A stretch of DNA of 64,000 nt from Botryllus schlosseri (lineage: Eukaryota), in the NCBI GenBank assembly GCA_051294905.1, contig CM119371.1:18042001-18106000 (forward strand), in the 5' to 3' direction. Shown in pieces: positions 51,001 to 63,000 of the stretch; position 1 is the stretch's first letter; every line of letters starts with the position of its first letter. A program made the position numbers and the translations under genes. A model generated the notes under the pieces. That model did not search any database. It was not told the origin of the DNA and saw nothing but the letters and a program-made list of their open reading frames with translations.

Positions 51001-54000
51001 CCGAGTCGCCACCTAGCGTTAACATTAGGAATTGGATACAAGCAGCGGATCAGATCGGTTTCAATGGCACCCTGACCTATCGGTAAGGAAACCGTGTTTA
51101 TTTCAACCAATCATATATACAGTAAAGTGGTTTGAACTGAAGATTTATGGTCGCATTCACAAGCGCCATTTTCCCACTGGACAAACGTAATCGCGTAAGG
51201 AAACGACGTAGTTTACTTTTGTCCTTGATGTTTTGCGGCATACACACGATCCCTGCATATGCATACCATGAGTGCATGATGTGCATATGCCGCAGGACAT
51301 GGAAGGTACAGATAGAGATTTGTACGGCTTTCTAAGTCATGTACCACCCCTCCATGCTAGCCCAATAATGCATGAGCGCAAAGCAGGGAAGTCACGGATA
51401 CTAGTGTTATCAGGTCTTTGGTCTGACCAGGCCGGGGATCGAACCCGCGACCTACCGATCAAGAAGCCGGACGTTCCACCATTACGCTATCTTGAGTACT
51501 ATTCAGTATTCACACCTTTGATGTGGTTTGGATATGTCTTTGAAATTGCTACTTCCGTTTGTTATTGAGCAGAGATCTGTAAAAGCAAGAAAACAGCAAT
51601 AGCGGACAATTCCCATTGGTGTTACCAACACATAGCCATGCCGCGTTGTTTGACGACAGATAATGTGGAGTCCTTACGCTCGCCTCTTTTGCCGCAGGCT
51701 CGACGCTGATTTTCAATTCACCTACGGCGACTCAATAGCCGAGACCGGGACATCGTTGGAGCATCCGCTAGCAAGCAAGAAGCGTTTAGCTCTTGCTGCG
51801 GTTTCAAACTGTAACTTTTCGCCGGCCGCAGTTGTGAGGCTTCAATATTTGAATGAGTTACGAAATAGTGGATTGCGATTGGACGCGATCGGGGATTGTT
51901 TCGAGAAATCACCTATTCCGAGAGTAGATTACCTTCAAAACAAAATGGTGGAATACACCTCGCGGTACAAGTTCTATTTCGCTTTCGAGAACTCGTACCA
52001 TTGTAAAGACTACGTTACTGAGAAGTTTTTCCGGGCGATCAAAGCCGGTGCAGTGCCGGTTGTGTGGGGTGCCAAACGTGCAACGTACGAGTCTGACGTT
52101 CCTGCGAGCGGATTCATATTCGTGGAGGATTTCCCCTCGATGCAGCGTTTGATTGATCGCTTGAACTATTTGGATCGTAACGACACTGCGTATTTGGAAT
52201 ATTTCAGGTGTGTGAGCCTGCGCATCACGCGACCTTGGTCAATACCGTAACAACACCACTCGCGACTTCGGTGCGTATATTAAGCCGATGTGAATGAATA
52301 GATTAATTCGGAGTTCACTAGCAATTGACGTGAGCAGTTTAATATGGGTATTTGGTAGAGTTACCATCTTTTGAGATCCGAAAAAGACGACGATTTAAAA
52401 AAAAATTCTGAAAGCTCTCTGTGCTGACTAAAAAATTGTCATAACTTTGTCTCGACTCCCGAAGAACCAGCTTTTTTACGATACTTTCGTGATGTTGACA
52501 AGAAAAGGTCGTCATTTTGATCGAGTCCCACCTTTGTACGATTCTGCTGCGAAATCGACATTTTCATGGCATTTTAATACTTTTTCTGAAAAAGGGGACA
52601 TTTAGGCGTCCTTCCAGGACAATTGCAATTTTGTCAAGAAAGAGAACAATTCCTTTTAAAAGAGGGTGTATGGTAATTGGTAACCCTAGTATTTGGCGTC
52701 CATTCTAATTCATTACGACAATGCCCTGGAATGCGGCCTTATAGGGTACGGTACATGCGTAATCGAAATACGGCCGTGAAAAGCATTCTATTAATAGCTT
52801 CCATATTGTGCTACGAAAGCATGCAAACCTTGAGCTAAAATCGTTTCAGTGTCATGGGTACTGTCTCCTATCTATCACTGTCATAATTTTCCACGAATCC
52901 CCTCACTTTGCGAAATTTGATCAAAGCTACGCCCGTCCTCAGCAGGTAATTAGCTTAGCAGTTCATCGAGGCTTGACTATACTTTAATGAACACGCGATT
53001 TTATACGATTCGATATCAGCTTCCCAGTTGGTCTAGGGGTCAGGATTCCTGGCTTTCACCCACCCGGGTTCGATTCCCGGACTGGGAATGTCTCTATTGT
53101 CGGGCAGTTTACCGGGCACGGCGCTCTAAATATGATGTAAGATCGGGATGATGCGAACCTCCGACAATTTCCCGCTCGTGTGAGCGCGACCCTTCATGAA
53201 AGTTTCTATGTTAATGCGATCGCGAACGTGAACATGAACATGAACACGGGCATATGACGTCACGGGACTTGACGCTCTCGTCAGAGATGAGCGGATTTGG
53301 AATTTCTATGTCCTAATCCAATCCAAAGCTTGAAATCCTAATCCATAACTTTTGTATATTAAAATCCGCGTCCAATCATAATCAAGTTCTAACTAGAAAT
53401 TCAGAAAAAATGCTAATTTATGTTGGGGAGTAATTAGAAATTTGTCTTTCACAACCAACAATTCTCTTGATTTATAACAACTTAGCATAGGGCTGCACCT
53501 CTCATGCTCATTGGCACCGAGTGTACCATAGTGTAGTTAAGCATAAGTAGCCTACATTATTAACTGATCTGAATAAAGTTTGTCGCCATTCGCCACACGA
53601 CATATCAATCTCCCAGAAAATCGCTAAATTCAATCCTAATCCAAATCGGCCCAGAAAAAATCTCTAATCCTGATCCAATCAAAATCCGACGAAATCTCAC
53701 AAATCCGGTTTGTTCAAATCCTAATCCATGCTCATATCTGGTTCTCGTCACCCCTAATGAAATACCACAGACAACAACACACCTCTACATTTAGCAAAAC
53801 ACTTCGCGGCGTCGCAGAGTCCCCACGAGAGAATGTACGCATTAAAAAGGTTGTTCCCTGTTGGCCTCACTTCTTTTCAGGTGGCGTACGCTGAGAAAGC
53901 ATCACCCAAAGTACCGACAGAAGACTGGTTGGTGTCAGATCTGCCGGTTTTTACACGGCATCAACGTAGACGACGCGTATAAAGTGCCACATCGCGCTTT

Positions 54001-54145
54001 ACAGAGAAACAGGTCCTTCATTGCAAGCGCGCCAAGGAAGATGATGCGGAAATCTATTAGCAAGATATGGATGAAGGAAGATAATAAGGAATGTTATTCG
54101 ATGAGACTTAAATTAGACGAAGAAGGGAGAATTGTCAGTGGCTAA
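42043..54145 (+). CDS. Alpha-1,3-fucosyltransferase (GT10) gene B, six predicted coding exons, about 445-450 aa
   Basis: Predicted exons: 42043-42312 (MIRYRWIPFALLIATAALL signal anchor + stem), 43099-~43194 (VILSW..LDLPRGCGGC), 50766-50859, 50966-51082 (RNPNQYWIW..ESP..FNGTLTYR), 51698-52207 (YKFYFAFENSYHCKDYVTEK, GAVPVVWG), 53881-54145 (WR..GWCQIC..W..C, stop). Phases agree across the last four exons. The exon 2/3 junction is unresolved. Confidence 0.8.
42346..42863. mobile_element. 518-bp hAT MITE (TAGGGCTGGGC family) in intron 1 of GT10 gene B
   Basis: TSD TCTATAAT at 42338-45 and 42864-71. It lies 33 nt downstream of the exon 1 donor. Confidence 0.88.
43359..45101. mobile_element. Charlie-type hAT element with a nested family-A remnant (about 43877-44540)
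   Basis: CAGTGGTTCTCAACC...GGTTGAGAACCACTA ends. TSD GCCTAGAA / ACCTAGAG (2 mismatches). Confidence 0.72.
46390..47010. repeat. Diverged tandem duplication with 327-bp period
   Basis: atgattgatttaggctaat occurs at 46399 and 46726, with colinear similarity afterwards (ctcagaatttctctatcacgtcaa; caaatattgttattgaaatcatcta). Confidence 0.8.
49083..50462 (-). mobile_element. Internally deleted Buster/SPIN-like hAT with transposase remnants
   Basis: CAGGGGTCGGCAACC TIR. TSD ATTTAAGT at 49075-82 and 50463-70. Minus-strand fragments YGDVLY..VR..SR...L.R....RNEI..FL and the hATC end YPSL...A...HL...L...P....L....RQVSH. Confidence 0.88.
51235..51494 (-). mobile_element. tRNA-derived SINE family 2, in a GT10 gene B intron
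   Basis: Box A TAGCGTAATGG and box B GGTTCGATCCC on the minus strand. Body matches 31197-31470. Confidence 0.78.
51698..52207 (+). CDS. GT10 fucosyltransferase B catalytic exon
   Basis: Acceptor ctcttttgccgcag| and donor AG|gt. Open frame with VSNC, YKFYFAFENSYHCKDYVTEKF, GAVPVVWG, FIFVEDFPS, L.YLDRNDTAYLEYF. Confidence 0.92.
53022..53088 (+). tRNA. tRNA-Glu: tRNA-Glu(TTC)-like gene with a 5-nt internal deletion (probable pseudogene)
   Basis: TCCCAGT/ACTGGGA acceptor stem, D arm GTCT..GGAT, anticodon loop CTTTCAC, T arm CCGGG-TTCGATT-CCCGG. It is 67 nt; GGCGG (3' anticodon stem plus variable loop) is missing relative to standard eukaryotic tRNA-Glu. No T4 terminator follows. Confidence 0.8.
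53282..53740. mobile_element. hAT MITE (CAGAGATGAGC family)
   Basis: TSD GCTCTCGT / GTTCTCGT. Inverted relative to 4950-5349. Confidence 0.8.
53881..54145 (+). CDS. GT10 fucosyltransferase B terminal exon
   Basis: Acceptor cacttcttttcag|. Splicing gives YFR|WRTLRKHHPKYRQKTGWCQICRFLHG...IWMKEDNKEC..., the usual GT10 C-terminal W..CxxC..W..C pattern. Confidence 0.85.
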
Positions 54146-54795
54146 TATTTGCATGTTGTTCCTAGTTCCGGGAGTAGGTTTTACCCCGTGGCCGTTGATC
54201 AATTGTCGAAAGCAGTAATACAGCCGGCGTTGTTCAGTAGTACAACATTGCTACTCAAGCAGGGGCAGAAGTAATGCCGTATATTTCTACTCGCAACTAG
54301 CAGCAGCGATTTCCAATACATGCTGTTATTAGTTATATGATCACCTTTGTGGCGACTCCGGTTTTGCGGAATCAGTTTGCAATTCAACTATTATTCTATT
54401 TTTGTAATTTGCTTTCCCGTTTCGTTTTTCTAATCTACAATTGTAATTGTTCGATTTTATTTTATTTGATTGTTTAATTACTGTTTTACGTGTCTCTTCT
54501 CTTGCGCTATATATTGTCTTCTTGGATCGCTTCGCTCTCCCTATTTTTCGAGCAACGGAGCAGACTTAGACAGCTGGAGAATTGACAGCTTTTCCAAATT
54601 AGATTAGAATTTAATTATAACTATACACAATTATTTCCAAATTAGACCAAGCATCAGAATTATAGCTGCACAGTTTCTTCCCAATTAGATTAGAATTACT
54701 TAATTCGCGGACACTCGGACATTGAATCCCGTTCAGTTCATATAAAGGCATAGCTCGTTCTCATGACAATGGGAACAGCAAATGCCTGTAGACCT

Positions 54796-55180
54796 CTGAG
54801 ATGAGCGGATTTGAAATATCTTAATCCAATCCAAATCCGAATGCTAAGCCAAACCCACATTTTGTATATTTCAATCCTAATCCTAATGCTAATCAGATTA
54901 AAACTTAGAATTCCACTTAGAAAGCCTACATCTTATGCCTATGATTCTGTAAAAATAAATAAAACGGCTAATGAGTGCCAAAATGGATGAAGTATCTTTG
55001 ATAAGACAAACAACTTTGTTGCAATTCGCCACAGGACATCAATCTTCCGAAAATCGGTAACTCCAATCCTAATCCTAATCCAATAATAAAAAAATCTCAA
55101 ATCCTAATCCAATCCTAATCCGCCAAAATTTCACGAATCCGGTTTTCCCAAATCCTAATCCTAACCCATGCTCATCTCCG
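54796..55180. mobile_element. hAT MITE (CAGAGATGAGC family)
   Basis: Diverged TIRs. TSD GTAGACCT / ATAGGCCT (2 mismatches). Colinear with 53282-53740. Confidence 0.72.
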
Positions 55181-56890
55181 ATAGGCCTACAGCAAGCTAG
55201 CCACATTTCGCACTGTAGTTCTCCTGTATGTCATTTACAGGAAAACCAGAAATTAGATCAGAATTAAAACTGGAGCAAAGAACAGTTTCACAGATCCTGT
55301 TAGATTACCGGCATTTCGATCTAATTGTTATTTCCACTTAGAAAACCAAGATTATCTAGTTTTCCGCAGGTTTACGTCGGAGGAGAAATCAAAATTGCGG
55401 ATTTACATTAGGATCGTTCTGTTTCCAATAACTAAATCACACGTCTATATTCGATTCGGTTCGATAGTCCATATTCGATGCGGGTTCTTTGGTTGGATTA
55501 AGTGAAATGCAAGACCGATATGCAACGTTCCCGTAGTCCGAAAGCAGGTATTAGCTGAGCAGACAGGATTCAACGTCTGATAAATCGTCACTACCGCTGG
55601 AGCGTCGCGTCAAAACATGTCTTAAATACTTCACGTGAAAATACAAAAGGACAGGTCTGAAAAAGTACTCAAGTAAATATTCTCCAAAAGTAGATTTGAT
55701 CGAGGGGTCGCGTACTTTTATCAGTTTATCGTGGATGGCTAATTTCGGAATTGCAAGTTGTATTGGCGACACCTAAGTGGTAGCATCATCGTAGCGCTGG
55801 TTGCATAAGAAATTCGAGGGGGCGCGAAGAGTATGTCAATTTAACGCAAGAATTTATACTGAACATTGTACAATGTACATTGAAACTATCGAAAGATTGG
55901 ATACTCTGCACACGCGCCGACCAAAAATATTTAGGGTTGAGATTTCGGTATCAAATTAGATATGCCATTTCAGGATTTGTCAAAGATTAGCCTACTACAG
56001 TACTACTCCCTATAATCCTGGGATTTTTCGGGATTAGCAGAATATAATAATCTGCACGCTACACAAACTTTCTTCTCCTGTAGCAATGCGGCTACTGGTT
56101 GGAATTGAACCAGATTTGAGGTGCAACTTCAATTAGGTAACCTAACAATTGTATCAAGTAGCCAGTACAATTTGAGAAAAAAACAAGTCGTTTTTGAACA
56201 CCCCTACCACAGATGCAGCAACTCCGCTAAGCCTATACCAACAGGAATAGCCCACTTTCCTTCCCTTCATCATTTACTTGAGGCATAACGCTAAATGGAA
56301 ATTTATGCATTTTCGGCTCTTGGTCTCGGACTTGACTCGGTGATAAATTGAAAATGACTCGACTTGACTCGAGTCAAAACTACAAAAGTGATATTGACTT
56401 GTGACTCGGATCCTTGTGACTTGGTTACAACCCTATAGAGCTAAATTTGAACTAAAAGTAAGGGGTCCGACAGATCCGTGACGGTCCAAAGGAGGTCCGC
56501 GAAGACAAAAAGGTTGAAAACAACTGCACTAGAGTAAGTAAGAGCAAGTAGTGCAAGTTGACAAAACCTATTTTACTAGCCTACTCCTAAATGTCGAAGT
56601 AGCTCTTTCTGCATTTTTATTGACGATGCTCCTCGCCATCTGATCCGCGTAAGCTGTGTCTTAAAAAGCCTAGAAGCGGGCCGTGCTACAAGGCGACAGT
56701 TACGGAATCAGTTACAGACGACAGTTACGTAAATGACTGTTGCAGCCGAAAAACACATGAATACCACAAACAACAAGTACAACAACCCCTCTGCATTTAG
56801 CTGTACACTTCGCCACACAGGCCTCCTGTGCCCACGAGAAAATGTACTTATTGAGAAAGGTTGTTCCATATTAGCCTCATTTCTTTTCAG

Positions 56891-57155
56891 GTGGCGTACG
56901 CTGAGGAAGCATCATGCAAGGTACCAACAGAGGACTGGTTGGTGTTATATCAGCGGCTTTTTACACGGTATCAATGTAGACGACGCGTATAAGGGCCATA
57001 TCGCTCTTTGCTAAGACACCTGTCCTTCATTTCAAGCGAGCCAAGGAAGATGATGCGACAGTATATTCGTAGGATATGGATTAAGGAAGGTAACACGCAG
57101 TGCTATTCAATGAAACTTAAATTAGACAAAGAATGAGGGGATTCTCAACCACTAA
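56891..57155 (+). pseudogene. Decayed duplicate of the GT10 gene B terminal exon
   Basis: Same acceptor (ttcttttcag|GTGGCGTACGCTGAG) and about 110 bp of shared upstream intron as 53881. CQIC has become CYIS, and a 1-nt deletion after DDAYK gives a stop at 57012-14. Confidence 0.85.
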
Positions 57156-58894
57156 TACTTGCATTATATATATTCATAGTTTAGATGCAGAAAATTATAT
57201 GAGTATATTGGTTAAACAGCAATAAGAACTGCTAAAATGAACCGTAAACAGTCAGAGTTGGTCAGAGCAGTGCTGCTCAAGTTGAAGAAGAAATATTGCC
57301 GTAAATTTCTCCTCAGTTGGAACTAGAAGCAGCGATATCCAGTTAGTTTCAAAACTATTTCAATTGAAAGCAGAAATTCAAAGTTCAGATAAAGTAGTTT
57401 CAAAGATTGGAGTTGAGACTTGAAGGATACTCTGGCCTACTAAAAACTGTTAAGCAGCAGTGATAAGAGTCTAAAATGTATGAGCACTTGAGTAAGTTGT
57501 GCAGGTATTCAACGCCTACACCTGACTAGTTCAGAAATGTAGAACTATTTTGTTGCTGACCAGCTCGGATGTGAAGTTATGCTCTGTTCAAGATTTACTC
57601 TTGCTTGCGTTAGCAGTAATATATGGAAATGTCAACACGATTGCAATGCAAAAAGTTTATTTAATATAGTACACACTGCATATTTATCAGGATCGAATAT
57701 TTTCGCAAGTGTTGAAAATAACAAATATAATGATAAAGGCTTATAATGGGCAGCATCAGTAACGGCGAACGAAATAACGCATCCAAAAACCCAAACATAA
57801 AAATATATATGCTGCATGCCATGAGTGTCAGTGCCATTGCATCACGCGGAAACAATGTGAGGTACACATCATATTTTCAACGTAATAGCCTAAGTAAATG
57901 GGACTGTAAGGTTGAGGTCGCGTCGATAAACTGCAACATTGATGAATAAGAGCCAGAAATTTGGCAAAAGGTTGAGAAACCGTCACGCGCGATGGCGATT
58001 GACCTCGACCCTACCGAGATTGCTTTATGTTGCATATTACCAAAATCGTTCAGCTACAGTTCCAATACGGCCACTCCCAGTGAAAATGGCTGCTGCAAAT
58101 GTTTTTCCAAATTTTAACTATGATTTAAGACCAGATCATATTTGGAGAGATCTAGATATGAACATAAGTACAATATACATTTACGTAGGAATATGCTGAC
58201 TAGCCCACAATGTGAAAAGTATCAAACGATCTTAAATAACGATGGTATGTATACGGCGTTGCAACATAATCGGGCGTACCGAATTCATTGCAGGTAGGCC
58301 ATATCAACAGAACGACAACCATTAACGGGCCAAATGTTATTTACAGCAATATAAATTGGAACTTCGATTGCATAGTATCTGCAAACACCATATTGTCTGT
58401 ATTGCCAGATACGGATAAGGATATGTGAAAATGGTCTATGTAACTGATGATAACAGACCCTGAATATCTTTAGGATTGCAGCTTAATTCGTTTCGGTTGA
58501 GTACAGTTTCCTACTCTGCTCACAAATATTATGGACAGAAACTATTTGTAGCTCTCGCGGGCCACATAAAATGATAGTTTGGCGTGTGTAAAGGGATGCT
58601 GAGGGTATATATACTATACGATTTCTACATAGGTTACTCTCTATGAGCTGTTGATTTCATGATAAAGTATTTTGAGTGTAAAACAATGCTGATTGGCAGC
58701 TTTGTTAGCATTTCGTCAATATCCAATGTAAAAATACCGTATGAGAACTAAAGTAACACGACGCCTCCGATGATTACATTTCGCTCCTGATAATGTGTTG
58801 ATGGCGAAGCAAGAATGCTATTTTAAAATCTATTCTCATACACAATTACAATGTCCATGTTCTAGATTGGGGAATCATGTAGCCTATATATGTG

Positions 58895-60094
58895 TTACTG
58901 AAAGTCAGTGGTTTGTGGACGAGCGAAACTACATTGGAATGAATTCATATACCGGAAGCTTATGTCTGAGGAATCGTTTATTGGCGCACAGGAAGGGTTT
59001 CCGGAGGGGAGTATTTCCTGTCTCCCTTGATGGGCTCTCTGACATAATACCAACCATGGAAAAAATTTTAATTTCCAATCGGCTGAAATTAAATTAACGC
59101 AAATTAGACTGATCATCACGTTTAAGCCACTAATACTTTGCATAACGTGAGCTAGCTCCACGAAGTTCAGAAGCAATAGGTTCATAGTTGTATCCGTGAC
59201 CAGCAGTACTGTTGTCAGGATGGTTATTCTTTTTAGTAATCTAACATATTTACGATCGGTTGGAATATTTGAATTGCGATTATTTTGCATGTTCTTAATC
59301 AAGGGATAGATGAATAAAATCAAGAGTGGAAACTGAATGGTCCACAGAGCTGCCATCCACATCCACGTGAGCCGTCCGGACATAATTTGCGCTACGATTC
59401 CCTGAGAGTCCACCATCATGAAGACAGTTAAAAAAACGACAACGACTGTCAAATAAACGATGAAGTATTTACTGATCAATCTTGTAATCTTATTTGAAAG
59501 ATGAGCCAATGTTTGTTCCCGATAGAACGCTCTTTGCCATTGCCAAATCACTGCATATATGGTCAGAAACACAAATACCCAGACAGCTGGGAGGTATTGT
59601 GACACTGACAACAAATAATCGTAAACCGATCCACATTTGGCAGGTAAGAGTGTCGACAAAAGAAGGTACATATCAGCAGAATTTTCTCCGGTGTCAAATA
59701 AATTGTTGAAACTAAACCGCTTAGAATTGTTTTGAAGCATCTCAATCAAAGTTCTTTGACCTTCGGACAAATTCTTCTTTGTACTATTCAAATTCAAAAA
59801 CGAATGCCGCGATATGTCTTTCCGTTCGTGCATCACGAAAGAGCAATGTCGTTTTAACAATATCGCACCTGATATATCCATAATTTCCGAAACAGCGAAG
59901 ACAGTGCAGCTAACAGAAAGCATAATGTTTTCAACCCGCTTTTTTGTCATCTTACAATCACAGCAAGGCTGCTCATTTTCACGAATCAGATGCAACCACA
60001 GAACAAAACACATGTAGACTGCGATGCCACACACCACAGATTCACACGCGATTAAAGTGTTGACGCCAGGGAAGATATCTTCTTGTTTGGCCAT
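58895..60094 (-). CDS. Intronless orphan 7-transmembrane (GPCR-like) protein, 399 aa
   Basis: Single 1200-nt ORF with ATG in good context (aaaatATGg). Seven hydrophobic segments (approx. aa 13-35, 56-79, 166-185, 207-228, 241-266, 288-311, 318-338). Motifs WQRAFY...L.HL, LLILFIYPLIK and DWKLKFFPW resemble uncharacterised ascidian 7TM proteins (recalled, not searched). Confidence 0.8.
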   Translation of the reverse strand: MAKQEDIFPGVNTLIACESVVCGIAVYMCFVLWLHLIRENEQPCCDCKMTKKRVENIMLSVSCTVFAVSEIMDISGAILLKRHCSFVMHERKDISRHSFLNLNSTKKNLSEGQRTLIEMLQNNSKRFSFNNLFDTGENSADMYLLLSTLLPAKCGSVYDYLLSVSQYLPAVWVFVFLTIYAVIWQWQRAFYREQTLAHLSNKITRLISKYFIVYLTVVVVFLTVFMMVDSQGIVAQIMSGRLTWMWMAALWTIQFPLLILFIYPLIKNMQNNRNSNIPTDRKYVRLLKRITILTTVLLVTDTTMNLLLLNFVELAHVMQSISGLNVMISLICVNLISADWKLKFFPWLVLCQRAHQGRQEILPSGNPSCAPINDSSDISFRYMNSFQCSFARPQTTDFQ

Positions 60095-63000
60095 ATTTTC
60101 TTCAATAGGCTTTTAAGGATATCAATTAATTCAATATCTGTAAAATGCATGTTGCGACGTCAAAATCCATGTAGCGGAAGAAACAGCAACATACCATCAA
60201 ATTATAACGCCTAATTAAATGAAGATTAACACTGAGCTTGAGCATGATATACATATAGTATGAAAACCAAGTAAAACTGGACGACCGGTAAACGGCTATA
60301 CACAATCCATAACCTGCATAATCTTGATATGACGAGATTAACGACAAAAGCTCTACAGCCGTGGCTTTTAACCGTTATCGTCCAGCGCCCCGTGTCAAAA
60401 ATTGTCTATGGCGATGACGATTTAATTTTGTATCCCTCGAATACAAGTACATTTAGCTAGTCATTTTGGCCAAAAAGATTCAAAACATATTTAATGAGCA
60501 AAGGGCTATCACTTTCAAAAGTGGTACAGTGCCTCATTCTTCGATTTTGGTACGCTGTGCGCTACAGGATACAATACCTAGTTCGATATAGTTTGTGGAA
60601 AATAACCCGAGGTAGCTTGAGGCGAGCATTTTAACGAGGAATTGGCTATCGAAAAGTACGCACAATTAGTTCTGCATGAATTATAATAAACCACTATATA
60701 CATGGAAACGTGTTGCAAACATCGTCCGTATAGATGTCAAACGTAGCGCGACGACAAATTTCGAGATTTCGCAGAATTTGTCAGAGCTTAGTTCACAATA
60801 AGAACTCAGGGATATATAGAATTGTCTCTGCCACACCATCTACTGTAACGACGTTTTTTGTCAGCAATCCCAAACCCCCTGAGCCCAGTGCCCCACATAT
60901 CTCCCCCTGGACGTTCCGTTTCCTTAAAAATTCAAATTGCCCCCTGGATCCGTGGGCACTGTAGCCATAGTTAAAAACCGCTGCTCTGCAGCTATCGTGC
61001 ATTAGGTGCTGGCTGTCGGGAATATCTATACGTCCACGATGTCACAATTTAAATCAAACTAACTACGATTGAGGCAATTATGATACGAATTCTTCATGCG
61101 AGCGGTAAATTCGTCAATGTGATAAATGCGAGTCGCCATTACGTATTCAATTGTAGCTCATTCTTCACGCCACCTGACTCATGCGCTTGCATGGCGTGAC
61201 TGTCGTCCTCATTACAAACCCTGGAGATATATGTATGTACCAATGTACCATTGTACCTACGTCCTGTACAGGATATTTGCTTATTTGGACTTAGACTCTT
61301 AGAACTGCATTAGCAATGAACATACACAATCAACTTTTTCAGTCCGTTGGAGTTGGTGCATGGACTGGATCATGTCATTGATCGTGTCGTTGATCATGCT
61401 ATTCCTATTTCTAGCATCGATCGATGACGGCTAAGCGAAAGGCCGATGAGTCGGCGCTGCAACTTTTTCTAAGGCGCAAAATCTAATTACTAAATAAGCT
61501 CATTCTTCGCTGGAAAACCAAACTGTGTCATGTCCACCTTAAGTAATTTTGAATCTTTTTTGCTTCTATTACTATTTGAACTTATATCTTTTGTTTTAAC
61601 CGAGTTCCAAGTTACCTAAGTAGCATGAAGTTGTAGTGACGTTGCGATTTGAATCTAAATGTTCAAGGTAAATTGAAAACAAACCTGGTTCATATCCAAA
61701 TCACGGTCAAAATTTCCAAAAATGGACATAGCACTGTTTGGTATTTCCAGCGACGATACGGTTTTGTACATTGACTACAAATTTACGTTGTGAAATACTT
61801 GACACCATACTTTGATGTTAAGATACAGAAAAGTTAGAGGTACAGGTAAAATACAGAGAATTCTGAAAAGTTCTTCCATAGGGTAGATTGTTAGATTTTC
61901 CAGACTGCAGCCGTCTCATAGACCGTCACATCTTTTTCCGTCCCAATGATAATCTTGCCATTTCATCGCATCTCGAAGAGGGTCAAAACAATTCCTTATA
62001 TCAACATAAAGCATAAAGTATTTTGCTGGGATATTTCTTCAACTTGAAAATTTTCTCCGCTCGATTTAGTTTCGCTACATTACCCAATTTTTGCATGGAA
62101 GCTCACCCCGCCAAGAAAGGGATAGGCATAATTTATAGAAACGAATCCTAATTCCCAATGATCAGAGAGCGGTATTTTAGTAATATCGTTTGATACCGTT
62201 AAGATACCTGATTATAGGGTCAGACATTTCAGCGCCGGCCATTAACAGCGCCACGACACACCAAGACATGCGACTCCGTGAAGTGTGCAGACAAAAAATA
62301 TCGACGGTAGGAAACTTTAGCCGAAAACAACTGGCTGAAATGAGCCATGTTTGATGAAATGCCAATTTGGAACCGTGTGCACTTCAATAAAGAAATGTTT
62401 TTTTTTTGGTTTCCAGTGGTACGTTCGGGCGATTCCAATAAAATTTGAATACATTGACAATCCTGACGGGCTGTGACGAAATATCAAAAAGTAACAAAGT
62501 ATAGCCTACTAAATTATAACAACGGGCCGACCAGAACACGAGCCTAAATCTGATTATGTAGACTGATATAAAATCAAAAATTAATACCAATTAACAGTTT
62601 GGAAATCACTGCATAACAACTGTAGGTTTATGCAAAAAACAAATTCACCAACATATATGCTTACATAACAGCTCCAAAGTCCATCAATCTACATCCATGC
62701 CATCTGTTACTGACACCGATGCTATTGCCGACCGCTGTAAATATAAAGCATGTTGCGCGATAATCCTTCGGATAACCTATATTCTAAAAAAGAGAATATG
62801 GCATTTGTCCTCTCTTCTGGCCGTGTTTTTCCTGCCATATTATAGCTCGACATAAAAACGAGTTTTTAAGAGTCGATGTATAGGTTCGAAACTGGCACCA
62901 CCGTCTGTACTAACGAGACTCGAACCTGGTTGCGTTTCTAGTTAAACGTATCATATTAACATCGTGGACTTGCGCTTTATGCGGAAGGAAATCATGTAGC

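Noticed and set aside
57230-57870. Hydrophobic minus-strand ORFs downstream of the orphan 7TM (possible decayed paralog)
   Set aside because: Similarity is limited to VWVF...AV, and AT-rich DNA readily gives hydrophobic translations.
60790-61010. Locally GC-richer block with short ORFs upstream of the 7TM gene
   Set aside because: No motif or consistent exon boundaries could be supported.
62915-62985. tRNA-like box B (GGTTCGAGT, minus strand)
   Set aside because: No cloverleaf could be folded. At most it is a decayed SINE head.
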